Shown piece after piece: positions 51,984 to 63,400 of a stretch of DNA of 64,000 bases. A program made the translations under genes and the position numbers. The notes under the pieces are model-generated. The model did no database searches. It worked only from the letters and a program-made list of their open reading frames with translations, and was not told the origin of the DNA. Origin of the DNA: an uncultured bacterium (GTDB lineage Bacteria; B130-G9); the NCBI GenBank assembly GCA_965372715.1, contig CBDVDH010000008.1:1-64000 (forward strand). Direction: 5' to 3'. Position 1 is the stretch's first letter. Each line of letters starts with the position of its first letter.

Positions 51984-52047
51984 TTCTGCGTCGCTCGCCG
52001 GAAGCGAGCTATGCAGAATGTCCTCCGTAACTTCAGCGAAGGAGGAC
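51983..52047. repeat. Pair of bulged hairpins between tmRNA and the GIY-YIG gene
   Basis: ATTCTGC-GTC-GCTCGC..GCGAGC-TAT-GCAGAAT and GTCCTCC-GTAACTTCAGCGAA-GGAGGAC, in opposite orientations of a TAGC...GCGA(A/C)G core. Confidence 0.7.
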
Positions 52048-52074
52048 TCTTTTATTAAAGGACGTGCAGGCAAC

Positions 52075-52317
52075 ATGAAATGCGTGTATCTACTGGAAAG
52101 CGCAGCTCATCCAACACAAAGATATGTTGGGATCACTTCCGATTTAGACAGACGTCTCAAAGAACATAATGCTGGAAAATCACCGCATACAGCCAAACTA
52201 GGTCCGTGGAAAATTGTAGTTGCCATCCGTTTCACCGATAATCGCAAAGCAGGGAAGTTTGAGAAGTACCTCAAATCCGGTTCCGGTCATGCCTTCGCCA
52301 ACCGGCATTTCTGGTAG
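52075..52317 (+). CDS. Small stand-alone GIY-YIG nuclease
   Basis: VYLLES....YVGITSDLDRRLKEHNAG.S.HT....PW......F.....A..FE.YLKSGSG. Confidence 0.9.
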   Translation: MKCVYLLESAAHPTQRYVGITSDLDRRLKEHNAGKSPHTAKLGPWKIVVAIRFTDNRKAGKFEKYLKSGSGHAFANRHFW

Positions 52318-52958
52318 GTCCAAGCCCGCCTGATACGGCAAGTTGATCATGTTGATTGCATTTGTTCCGACTGCTCTGAAGGGTCTTTTACCTTTCCAAC
52401 CGCTCTATTCCGCTCCGATAGGATTGCCTGGAAGGATCAAACCGTTTCTCTATATCATCGCGTGGTAATCCTATCTCTTTCACGCTCTGCGTCAAGAAAT
52501 ATGCAGCACCATGCCTGAATTGGTCTGCAATTCAATCCCACTCTCTCTGCTGGTGATCATTGATTCGTCTGTAACTGGGAAGGTTGGTTGAAGTGAATAA
52601 GAGCTCCTCACAAAAAAAGCACTTGACACTGTTGTTTCAATAACCGATATTGTGTAGTGAAGTATAAGGACAACCTGGCCGCTTTCAGCACAAGCAAAGC
52701 AATCAATGTCTCTTGCGCGGGAGCTTGTCAGGCTTATCCAGCTAAAAATCCGAGTCCCGACAATATATCCGATAGTCTAAAGAACTAGTGCTTATCGGTT
52801 TGATATTCGGTCTTTTTGAGGGCGTTTAGAGCTTTTCACAATTTGTCTTGCGCGCGATCAATCAAACATGTGCGCCTTACTTATTAAGGCTTGAGCCTGG
52901 CGCCTGTGTTTCAAAAGGCTAAACCATTTACAACGAGATAGAACAAGGGGAAATCACC

Positions 52959-54308
52959 TTGGCTAGACCCAGAAAAAAGAAAGCAGAATCCACAAATTCG
53001 GCGCCTGCCAGCCAAAGCGACATCGGTCAGGCGGTGAGCAGCTTCAGGCCAACGATGAATCTCGTCGAGCTAAAGGCCAAATCAACAACCGAGCTATCGA
53101 AGCTCGCCCACGACCTGGGCGTCGAGAGTTCCGCGGCGCTGAAGCGCCAAGAGCTGATATTCAAGATCATGCTTGCGCAAATAGAGCAGGAGGGGCTGAT
53201 CTACGCGGAGGGCGTCCTTGAGACGCTGGCTGAGGGCTTCGGCTTCTTAAGGTCGCAGGACTTCAACTACCTTCCAGGGCCGGACGACATCTACGTCTCG
53301 CCGTCTCAGATACGTAAGTTCGGGCTGAGAAAAGGCGACACCATTGGGGGGCTCATCCGACCCCCGAAGGAGAACGAGCATTACTTCGCCTTGTTGAGGG
53401 TCGAAACGATCAACAACTTGGAGCCAGACAAGATCACGGAAATAGTCAATTTCGATAATCTCATTCCGCTTTTTCCTGACAGCAAGATTGAGCTCGAGAC
53501 CGACAACGGCAACATCTCAATGCGCATCATGGACCTAATCACACCAATTGGGCTGGGCCAAAGGGCTTTGATTGTCGCTGCGCCGAGAACTGGCAAGACC
53601 ATGCTTCTTCAGGCGATCGCCAACAGCATCACGGCCAACCATCCGAACGTGATACCAATCGTGCTGTTGGTCAACGAGCGACCTGAGGAGGTTACGGAGA
53701 TGCGGCGCTCGATAAACGCCGAGGTGATCGCATCAACATTCGACGAGCCTGCGGAACGGCACGTGAAAGTAGCCAGCATGGTGCTTGAGAAGGCCAAACG
53801 GCACGTTGAGCAGGGCTATGATGTGTGCATCCTTCTGGACAGCCTCACGAGGCTGGCAAGGGCACACAACACCGTCGCGCCGCCCAGCGGCAGGGTCCTC
53901 TCCGGGGGGCTCGATTCCAACGCGCTACAGAAGCCCAAACGCTTCTTCGGCTCCGCACGGAACATCGAGCAGGGCGGGAGCCTCACGATCATCGCCACGG
54001 CGCTCGTCGAGACCGGCAGCCGTATGGACGACGTCATCTTCGAGGAGTTTAAGGGCACGGGCAACATGGAGCTGCACCTCGACAGAAGGCTTGTTGACCG
54101 AAGAATATACCCAGCTATTAACTTCGAGAAGTCGGGAACAAGAAAGATCGAGCTTCTGGTTCCCAAGGACGTATTGCAGAAACTTTGGATACTGGTACGC
54201 TTCCTACAACAGAATTATGACCCGGTTGATGCGATGGAATTCTTGATTGACAAAGTCTCCAAGACCAAGACCAATGAGGAGTTCCTCAACTCGATGAACA
54301 GGATGTAG
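52959..54308 (+). CDS. rho: Transcription termination factor Rho
   Basis: [72 protein letters not shown]. Confidence 0.98.
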   Translation: MARPRKKKAESTNSAPASQSDIGQAVSSFRPTMNLVELKAKSTTELSKLAHDLGVESSAALKRQELIFKIMLAQIEQEGLIYAEGVLETLAEGFGFLRSQDFNYLPGPDDIYVSPSQIRKFGLRKGDTIGGLIRPPKENEHYFALLRVETINNLEPDKITEIVNFDNLIPLFPDSKIELETDNGNISMRIMDLITPIGLGQRALIVAAPRTGKTMLLQAIANSITANHPNVIPIVLLVNERPEEVTEMRRSINAEVIASTFDEPAERHVKVASMVLEKAKRHVEQGYDVCILLDSLTRLARAHNTVAPPSGRVLSGGLDSNALQKPKRFFGSARNIEQGGSLTIIATALVETGSRMDDVIFEEFKGTGNMELHLDRRLVDRRIYPAINFEKSGTRKIELLVPKDVLQKLWILVRFLQQNYDPVDAMEFLIDKVSKTKTNEEFLNSMNRM

Positions 54309-54364
54309 GGGCGGCGCTTGCCCCGCCCGAATGGACCAATGGGTGCAGCAAGCAGCACCCCTAC
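54305..54364. repeat. Inverted GTAG-REP pair overlapping the rho stop codon
   Basis: GTAGGGGCGGCGCTTGCCCCGCCC ... GGGTGCAGCAAGCAGCACCCCTAC. Confidence 0.75.
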
Positions 54365-54383
54365 AAGTCGGCCACCCGGCAGC

Positions 54384-55364
54384 ATGACCTGGCCCAAGCT
54401 CGTGTCGATCAACGTTCTTGCGACCAACGAGCGGGACTGCCTCCGCCGCTGCCTCGAGTGCATAAAGCGTCAAACCTACTCCCCGATCGAGGTCATTGTC
54501 ATCGACAACGCCTCGACCGACGGGACGGACGCGATGCTCAGGAGTAGCTTCCCCGAATTCCCGGTCATCACGAATCCTGAAAACCTCGGCTACTGCAAGG
54601 GCCACAACATCGGCATCAGAAGAAGCCTGGGCGACTACGTCATGCCGCTCAACGCGGACGTTTTCATGGAGCCCTTATTCGTCGAGGCGAAGGTTAGGGC
54701 GGTTGAAAGCGCGGCCAACATCGGCATGGTAGAGGGCAAACTGCTCAGGATTGCGGCCCACGACGCCAAAATACCAGACGAGAAGACCATCGACGGCGTC
54801 GGCGCCGTGTTGACGCGAGCGCGTAGGAACTTCGAACGTGGCCAGTTGGACGCGGACAAGGGCCAATATGATCAGCCTGGGTTCATCTTTGGTGCATCCG
54901 GTGCGGCTCCCCTATATCGGCGCGAGATGCTTGATGATGTGGAGATTGAGGGCGAGTTCTTCGACGAGGATTTCTTCATCTACAGGGACGAGGTCGATCT
55001 GGCCTGGCGAGCACAGTGGCAGGGCTGGAAGTGCCTATTTACGCCGGATGCGGTCGCATATCACGTCAGGGGATATGCGCCTGACAAAAGAAGGGAGATG
55101 CCGAGGCGCTTCCGCCAGCTTCAGCTGCGCAACCGTTACCTGATGATAGTCAAGAACTTCTCGCTTGCGAACATCATGCGCGACCTACACCACATCCTCT
55201 GGTTTGAGCTCCGGCAGTGGGCTTACGTACCCTTCTTCGAGCCGCACCTATTCAAGGGCCTCCTCGGCGCAATCAAGCTCTTGCCCAAAATGCTCAAGAA
55301 GCGCAAGACCATCGTATCCCGCCGCCGGGAATGCTCACGATATATCCACTCACTCTTCAGCTGA
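54384..55364 (+). CDS. Glycosyltransferase family 2
   Basis: IVIDNASTDGT, NLGYCKGHNIG, LNADV, FDEDFFIY.DEVDLAWR. Confidence 0.92.
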   Translation: MTWPKLVSINVLATNERDCLRRCLECIKRQTYSPIEVIVIDNASTDGTDAMLRSSFPEFPVITNPENLGYCKGHNIGIRRSLGDYVMPLNADVFMEPLFVEAKVRAVESAANIGMVEGKLLRIAAHDAKIPDEKTIDGVGAVLTRARRNFERGQLDADKGQYDQPGFIFGASGAAPLYRREMLDDVEIEGEFFDEDFFIYRDEVDLAWRAQWQGWKCLFTPDAVAYHVRGYAPDKRREMPRRFRQLQLRNRYLMIVKNFSLANIMRDLHHILWFELRQWAYVPFFEPHLFKGLLGAIKLLPKMLKKRKTIVSRRRECSRYIHSLFS

Positions 55365-55397
55365 GGGCCCGGTGCCGGAAATATCGTTCCGGTGCCC

Positions 55398-56363
55398 CTA
55401 TTTGTGATCAACCTCTCCGCCGAGGATTTTTCGGATCACCTGCTTATCAGGCAGGAGGCCGGCACGCCTCTCCGCTCTCCTTCTTCTGAGTATCTGAAAG
55501 AGCTTGGGAAGCGTCATGAAAAAGGCCCTTTGGAACCTGAATTGCCCCCTGAGCGAATCCATCAGGAAGAACCTGAGGCTGTAAAGGAAATGCTGCCTCA
55601 GCATATTCTTGTCGAGGACGTTCTTGTAGAGGAAGATGTAGCTGTTACGCGCGGTGATGAGGCGCATCCGTTTGGGGTTGGTCGTCTTTGTAATTGTGGC
55701 CTGATGCTTGTGATACATGACGGCGTCGGGCACATAGACCACCGGCCAGCCCCGCTTGTGGGCCCTGTAACACAGGTCGATATCCTCCCAGTAAAGCGGA
55801 TGATAGATAGGGTCAAAGCCGCCGAGCCGGAGGAACTTCTCCCGATCAAAGGCCGCGGCGCCGCCCGTCGCGAACAGAGTCAGCCGGTCGCGGTCCTCGT
55901 CGCCGCCTTCGTCACGGACGCGGAAGTGGCCCTGTTCAAACACAGCGACTCGACGCCCCGCCAGGAACTTGTCCCGGTCCCAACCAAACAGTTTAGCCGA
56001 CGCGGCGAAGAGATTGTCACATCGCTCAAAGCAGTCGCACAGCCTCGCAATCGAGTCCGGCTCGACCGCGACATCGTTGTTGAGCAGAACTATTATGGCG
56101 AACTTGGCAATCATGGCGCCGATATTCGTCGCTCGCTGAAACCCTACGTTGGCCAAATTGGCCTGTAGTTTGACCGAGGGAAAATGCTCAACCACGTATT
56201 CCCGGCTGCCGTCGCTCGAGCGGTCATCCACGACAATGATCTCGTCCCGGCCGTCGTGTCGCCGAGCCGCCTCAATTACGGACGGCAGACACTCGCTTAG
56301 CAAGTGCTTGCTGTTGTAGTTGGTAACGATAATCGAACAGGGCTGTTTGCTTCTTCTCGACAT
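55398..56363 (-). CDS. Glycosyltransferase family 2
   Basis: SIIVTNYN, IVVDDRSSDGS, NVGF..ATN.G, LLNNDV, GGFD..Y...YWEDIDLCYRA. Confidence 0.92.
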   Translation of the reverse strand: MSRRSKQPCSIIVTNYNSKHLLSECLPSVIEAARRHDGRDEIIVVDDRSSDGSREYVVEHFPSVKLQANLANVGFQRATNIGAMIAKFAIIVLLNNDVAVEPDSIARLCDCFERCDNLFAASAKLFGWDRDKFLAGRRVAVFEQGHFRVRDEGGDEDRDRLTLFATGGAAAFDREKFLRLGGFDPIYHPLYWEDIDLCYRAHKRGWPVVYVPDAVMYHKHQATITKTTNPKRMRLITARNSYIFLYKNVLDKNMLRQHFLYSLRFFLMDSLRGQFRFQRAFFMTLPKLFQILRRRRAERRAGLLPDKQVIRKILGGEVDHK

Positions 56364-56603
56364 CTGTTAGCAGTTGGCAGTTGGCTGTAATCCGCAATCC
56401 GTAGCGGCCTGGACTATTTCTTACGAGAACATATACACTCGGAACTTGACGCTCACAGAGTTACCATGTTACTGAACCCCAGACGCGCATGGTATAGGTG
56501 CGGTGGGAACATTGCAACGTGGCAGCGCGGACCTCATGTGCAGGGCATTGCATCAACGAAAAACGCGGTGTATGTGGGGCGGGATTCGGATCATCCAGCG
56601 GGC

Positions 56604-56633
56604 TTGACATCGCGACGAGTGATGGCCTAGCAT
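56604..56633 (+). promoter_or_regulatory. Promoter of tRNA-Arg(CCG)
   Basis: TTGACA-N18-TAGCAT, 30 nt upstream of the tRNA. Confidence 0.55.
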
Positions 56634-56663
56634 TTCCAGACGTACGTTCACTTCGGGTTTTTG

Positions 56664-56739
56664 GCGCCTGTAGCCCAATGGATAGAGCACTGGCCTCCGG
56701 AGCCAGGGGTTAGGGGTTCGAATCCCCTCAGGCGCGCCA
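56664..56739 (+). tRNA. tRNA-Arg(CCG), CCA encoded
   Basis: GCGCCTGTAGCCCAATGGATAGAGCACTGGCCTCCGGAGCCAGGGGTTAGGGGTTCGAATCCCCTCAGGCGCGCCA. Confidence 0.96.
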
Positions 56740-56929
56740 CTCCATAGTAGGCTTTCCGCATATTTGACCCCTTCGATCAGTTGAAGGCCTACTTCGCTTG
56801 TTTAGCCTTATTCTTACACATTCGTTGTCTTGTGAATGGCACAATAACGGCACACATCGGAGGGTTAAAACAGGGTTGCGGGGAAATGCCCTGCAATCAT
56901 AATTACGATCTTTGGATTATCGGATTGGT

Positions 56930-57190
56930 CAAGTTGTTGAAAGCGGAACTTCGCGATGACAAGGACTTTCTCTTGTCGCTGATACGGCCGGTGGTTCGGG
57001 AGGTTCTGGAAAGCGAGATGGACGAGACAGTTGGTGCTCGGAAGGGCGAACGGACTGCGAGCCGCCAGGCCTACGCCGCGGACTACCAGACCGTCAAGCC
57101 CGACGCCGCGGTGGATGGTGACATCGTCATTGTGCATCCGGGGACGTATTACGAGAACATCGGGTTCAACGGCCAGAATATCATCCTAAC
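56930..57190 (+). pseudogene. IS256-family transposase fragment fused to a beta-helix protein N-terminal fragment
   Basis: DFLLSLIRPVVREVLESEMDETVGARKGERTASRQAY resembles the IS256 N-terminus; followed in frame by DAAVDGDIVIVHPGTYYENIGFNGQNIIL. Confidence 0.65.
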
Positions 57191-57224
57191 CCGTATTATT
57201 CACAAACTGAGGATGCGATGAGAT

Positions 57225-57331
57225 GTGGGGCGGGCTTTCAGCCTGCCTTTTGCAGCGATCTCCGTATCCCTCAAGTGAAACACTCTGTTGCGCAAGCCCC
57301 TGTCTTTGGCAGGCTGGAAAGCCTGCCCCAC
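57225..57331. repeat. Inverted GTGG-type REP pair
   Basis: GTGGGGCGGGCTTTCAGCCTGCC ... GGCAGGCTGGAAAGCCTGCCCCAC. Confidence 0.75.
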
Positions 57332-57485
57332 ACCGACGAGAGTCACGGCCTTGAATTATTCGGGCTAAGGTCTTTGGCCCCTGGGATGCAGACATTGTGA
57401 ATGCAACGATCATCGGTGCTGGCAAGGGGTATCCCTGGTCTCCGGTCGCAAGATTCGCCGGCACAAAGAAGGCCAGCTGTATGCT

Positions 57486-60400
57486 TTACGGCGCTATCGT
57501 GAATTCTGCCTGGGCTAAATCGCTGACAAACACGCCAGTATAGCTATTCAGGCATGCGGCATACCAGGTGTATTGACCTTGAGGCAACTCAGGCAAGTCA
57601 CGGTAGCTGAATATCGGGAAGTCTGTGATCGACAGCCCCACCGGAAGCAGCAGGTTCGACATCATGGGCTGCATCGATTCGCCAAAAGTAGGCAGAAACA
57701 AGAACGTGCCATCTGGCATCCTGATCGCGCAGTAGAAGTCCATCTCATCGTTCTCTCCCGCATTCTCAACGTCGCACAACAGAAACAAGTCGTCGCCCTG
57801 GGAGTATTGCTCCTGATTCGTTGAAAGCGAGAGATTCATGCATTCGGATGTGAACTCGAATGTCAGCTCGGCGACATTACCCACTATCTCGTCCGTTTCA
57901 GTCTCGCAGAACCACGACGACCATGTATAGATTCCCTCAGGTAAGTGGCCCATCGGGCCAAACCGGAACACGACCTCGCTGGGCCTATTTATACCCGAAT
58001 ACAGCTCGACGTTCTCCTCCAGAGGCGTGGCCTGGCTTTCGAGGCCTGTGCCGGTCCAGAATATCTGCGTGCCACCCACGGATTGAGGAAGCTCGATCGC
58101 TAGATACAGGTCCGCCACAACCGGACCACCAGTGTTTTCATATTCAAGCGATATCTCCATATTGCTGGCGAGGCAGAAGAATGTCAGGTTGCTGCCGATC
58201 GCAACCGCGACATTCGGGGCAGCGGCCTCTTCCTGATACAACACGCAGCACTCGGTCGGGTCAATGTTGCCTTCGACGCTCTCGACGTTGCCGGAGACGT
58301 CGGTAGATATCGTGTAGAAGCAATACGTGCCCTGCCCCTCGGAGGGGTCGAACTCGAATGTCCCGCTTTTGCCTGAAAGCGCCAGTTCGCTGTCCGTCCA
58401 CTCGCCATCGTCGAAGCTGTAGTAGAGCCTCGTTGTATCCACGCCCGAGACAACATCACCAGCCGTGAAATGCACGAGGATCGGCAGAGAATCGACCTCG
58501 GCAAGGCAGGAACTGCTGGAGACCGGAGCTTGGACATCATAGACGCACCCACAGCCTGCGGCGGTATGCGAGCTCGGTGAAGGCGGGATGTTGCCTGCCC
58601 GGTCGACGGCCTGAGTATAGAACTCGTATGCTCCTTGACCGTCACCAAGCGCGAACTCGAATTCGCCGGACGCCTCTCCCAAAACGAGCCTGGTATTGAC
58701 CCAAGCGCCAGACTCGAACCGATACCAGAGGAGCGTCCTATCAACGCCGGAGAGAGCATCCACCGAATCGAACTCGACATCCAACCGATTGGTCTTAGGA
58801 TACTGTGGGACGCTGCACTGGGAAGAGGGAACAGTGACGTCATAGACGGTTGAACACTTGCACTCGGTCGATGCTGTGGGCGCGTTCTCGGCGTTGCCTG
58901 CGCGGTCCTTGCTCTGGGTATAGAAAGAGTATCGACCCTCCCCTCCAGGAAGCGACAGGGATAACTGGCCCGAAAGCGCCCCGGATGACATGCTTGTCTT
59001 CAGCCATTCCCCGTCATTGAACCTGTACCAAAGCTCCGTCAACGCTACGCCGGAACCATCGTCGGACGCGGAGAAATCGATTGAGAGGCTACGATCGGAT
59101 GTGTATCCGGGGCAGCTGGCCTGTGACTGGGGCTTGATCCTGTCGCAAAGCGTCTGAGCCTTGGCGTCCGCCGGAGTCTCCGGCTCTGGCTCTTGGTTCC
59201 CGGCGTTGTCGATCGCCTGCGTGTAGAACATATACCTTTCATTGGGGTTGGAGGGCATGAACTCACAAGTTCCCGACTCGCCCGCAGGCTCGATGCCTGT
59301 GTACTGCCAGTCCTTACCTTCAGGCATGAACCAGAGCCTGGTTTTGCGCACGCCCGAAAGCGCGTCGGAAGCGGTGAAATCTACCCACACATGAAGTGTT
59401 ACGGTAAACTGCGGCGCACTGGCCTCAGAAGTAGGAGACGTCCTGTCGTAGAGCGTCTCGGAAAGCCCCGCCGTGCCCGCCTGCGGCTCTGGCGAACTGT
59501 TGCTCGCGGTATCCTCGGCCACTATGTAGAACTCGTAGGCGCCCTCAATGTCCTGAACCTCAAATGCGAAGTCGCCTGTTAATGTCGTAGCCTGAAGTGT
59601 GCTATCAGCCCACGAGCCGCCGTCGTGTCTGAACCACAAATGAACCGCCGCTATCTGCGTCGTCAGCTCGGCGACCTCGTAGAGCACTGCGATAGGCAGG
59701 CTATTGGCGACCTCGCTCGAGGTGCAGGAAACGACCGATGGCGACACGGTATCATAAACCGTCGAGCTGTGGGGCTCCGTAGCAGCGTCGGGGTCCGGCG
59801 CCTCGTTGTCCGCCATGTCCTGGGACTGTGCGTAGAAGTCGTACCTTCCCTCTCCGTTGGCCGGAGCGAGCTCGAATTGGCCTGAGGACGCCTCAATCGC
59901 GGTGCCGGTGTCTGTCCACAGGCCGTGCTCGAATCTATACCAGAGCCTGCAGCGCACAACGGGCGAGAGATTGTCAGAGGTCTCAAACTGGACCGCTATG
60001 GGCGCCTGATTGCTAATCTCAGGGGTAGTGGTTGAGGCTGTCGGTGGTGTTGCGTCATAAACAGTAGTCGAGCAACCTGGCGATTCCTCAGTAGGCTCTG
60101 CCTGTCGATTTGCCGCAACATCGACCGCAACCGTTTGGAACGAATACCTGCCTTCAGAAGACGCGTGAAAGTCAAACGTCCCCGAATCCGCATCCTGCCA
60201 AAGGCCCGAATCCTGCCAATCGCCTGCCTCGGTCCGATGCCACAGTCCGCAACCAGAAGCGCCGGACAGCCCGTCGCTCACCTCAAACACCACCGGCGCA
60301 ACAGAGACATTTGTATATGCAGGCGACGAACACGACGAGGTCGGCGGAGTTATGTCATAAATGGTGAGCGTGTCGGCCCCATCCGGAATAGATTCCGCGT

Positions 60401-63400
60401 TGCCCGCCCTGTCTCGCGCGCTCGTGCAGAAGCCGTAGGTTCCCTCGCCGTCGCTTGGCGTGAAGTCAAACTGGCCGGTTGAGGTCGTCGCCTCAAGTGA
60501 TGCCTTGAGCCAATCGTCGCCGTTGAAGGCGTAGAAGAGGCCAACGGTGGCCAAACTGCTCCCTTTTACACCGTCGTCAGACGTAAAGGCCAACGGGATA
60601 GGAGCCGTATTCGTTACTGGCGGCGAGCTGCACGACGATGACGGTGCGGAGACGTCATAGACGAACGTGCAGTCCGATTCGGTCGGGGCAGACTCGACGT
60701 TACCCGCACCGTCGCTGGCGACGGTATAAAACGCATAGATCACATCCTGGCCAACGGCGCCTGTGAAGTTGAAGGCCCCACTTTGGCCCTGGTCGTAGAG
60801 GCCCGTCGAGGCAAAATCCGACCCGTCCTGGCTAAAGTAGAGCTCAGTCCTCAAAAGGCTGCTGCCACCCGTGTCGCTGGCCGTGAATTCAACGACGGCC
60901 GGGAAGCCGTTGCCCCAGGGTGCGCACGAACAGCAGGAGACCGGACCGGTTAGGTCGATGACAGTGGTGCAATCGCGCTGACTCGGCGCCTCCTCAGAGT
61001 TGCCAGCCTTGTCGAGGCATATCGTGTAGAAGTCGTATCTACCCTCGCCCGTCTGGGCCGCGAAACTGAATACCCCGCTCTCACCAGACTGAGAAAGCCC
61101 AGTGTATTCCCAGGAGTCGCCATTAAACGAGACCCAAAGCCTTGTTTCAAGAACGCCGCTGGGCCCGTCGTCGCCGGCCTCGAAGGCAATCTCAAACGCA
61201 GTCGTTTTGGAGAACTCCGGTGAAGTGCACGATGACCAGGCTGCGATTGGGTCGTAGATGACACTTGCGTCGTAGCCCTCGGGTGGGGACTCGACGTTGC
61301 CGGCGTTGTCGGTAGCCACAGTGTATATATCGTAGATACCGGGGCCCTCTTGGGGCGTGAAATCGAATTGGCCGGCCTCACCTTCCTCTCGCGAAGCGGC
61401 ACTGATGAATTCGCCGCCATTCAAGCTATACCACAGCTCAGTCTCCAGAAGCCCCGCGTCACCCTCATCACTGGACGCGAAATCGACCACGATGGGAAGC
61501 GAATTGGCGTATTGCGAAGCCCAGCAAGTGGACCTAGGCAAGGACACGTCGAAGACCGTCGTGCTATCCGGCGATTCCGGCGCCGACTCCACGTTGTCGA
61601 CGCCATCGGAGGCGATTGTGTAGAAATCATAAATGCCTTCTAAGTCTGGGCCAAACTCGATCGAGCCCGACGTTCCCTCCTCACTGAGCCCAGAGTCGGT
61701 CCAGTCACCCTCGTCCAAGCGATACCACAGCCTGACAGTTAGCTGGCCCACGCCCGCCTCATCATCAGCAATGAAGCCCACGCCAAACGGGGAGGCGTTG
61801 GCGACGGTTGGGGAAGTAGCGACCGAGCTCGGCGAGCATGTGTCGAACCACGTTGTGCAGGTTGCTTGTGTCGGCGGCGACTCGAGGTTCCCAGCGGTAT
61901 CCTTTGCCAGGGTATAAAACTCAAACAGGCCGTCGGCCTCGGGGCCAAACGTGAATGTCCCGGAGCCCATGTTCTGCCTGCTGTCGTAAAGCTCCCAGTC
62001 GCCATTGACCCGATACCACAGCTGCACATCCGTGATGTCGGTAAGGCTATCCTGCGCCTCGAACGAGACATCGATCGGGGACGAGGCCGTCTGCTCTGGC
62101 GCCTCACACGACGAGACAGGCGACGTCCTATCGACGACGGTCTCAGCGTCTGGCTGTGTCGGCGGCTCTTCCGTGTTGTCCAAAATGTCGCGACATACTG
62201 TGCAGAATTGAGCGGTCCCTTCTGTCGCTATCTCGACCGCGATGGTGCCGATTGTGCCCTCTTCCCAGATACCCGACTCGACCCATTGGCCGCCCTGCAT
62301 CCTAAACCACACCGTCGTGAGAGCAACACCCGAACCGGAATCGGCAGCTGTGAAGTTCACGGCAACGGTTGCGCCGCTGGCATAGTCCGGCGAGGCGCAA
62401 TCCGAGGCAGGCGCGGTTGTATCTACAAGAATCGAGCAGTCCACATCTTCAGGCAGCTCTTCCGTATTCCCAGCTATATCCTGCGAGACTGTGCAGAACG
62501 AGTAGCTGCCGTCCTCCGCCGCCTCAAACGAGTAGCTGCCCGACGCACCATCCAGCCAATCGCCTGTCGCCTCCCAGTCGGAGCCGCCGAAGCTGTAATA
62601 TAACCAGGCGCCGTGCAGGCCGCTGCCGGCCCCGTCCGAAGCGGCAAAACCAACCTCGATTGTCGTCTGGCTGGCGTACTCATCGCAACTCGCGACCGAT
62701 TGGGGCGCGGCAGTGTCCAGGAAGATGCTCGCGTCGGCGGTCGATGGCGCATCCTCTAGATTGCCGCTTCTATCCTCCGCAATTGTGTAGAAGCTGTAAG
62801 GCCCGTCGCCGTCCTCAAAGACAAACGTTATGTTGCCGGAGTTCTCCGTCCCGTGCTCTTCATACAGCACGTAGCCCCCGCCATTGTAACTGTGATAGAG
62901 ATAGACGAAGGCGACACCAGAAAGGTCGTCCGAGGCCGAGTAACTGACTACGGTCGAGGTCGTGGTGCTGTATTCGTCGGTCTCGCAATCCGACGCGGGT
63001 GACACTCTATCATAGACGGTCGAGTCATCTGCCGTCTCCGGTGCTGACTCTTCGTTGCCTGCATCGTCCTTCGCTATCGTGTAGAACTCATACGTCCCCT
63101 GACCATCTGTCGGGGTGAAGTCGAAACTGCCCGAGGTCCCACTCTCAGAAAGTCCACTGTCTGTCCAGCCTTCGCCGTCATGGCTATACCAAAGGGCAAC
63201 ATCGTCAATACCTGAGACGTCATCATTCGCCGTGAACGTCACAACGATAGGCGACGAGTTGGCGTAAGGTGGACTCTCGCAGCTTGACGAAGGCGCGGTC
63301 GCATCATAAATGGTCGAATCGTCGCCGCTACCTGACGGCCCTGACTCCTTGTTACCCGCGTTGTCCTCCGCTATTGTCTGGAAGTGGTACGTTCCCTCGC

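Noticed and set aside
52623-52653. rho promoter TTGACA...TATTGT
   Set aside because: Spacer is 19 bp; plausible but too weak to call.
51984-52950. Integrated island or prophage at tmRNA (also checked at both tRNA-Arg genes)
   Set aside because: No integrase and no duplicated 3' att sequence visible.
54318-54383. N-terminal extensions of the GT2 (from 54318) and GIY-YIG (from 52018) ORFs
   Set aside because: They translate hairpin repeats; downstream ATGs at 54384 and 52075 fit the families better.
63240-63242. Start of the 1918-aa ORF
   Set aside because: It is an internal GTG mid-repeat; the frame stays open to the window edge.
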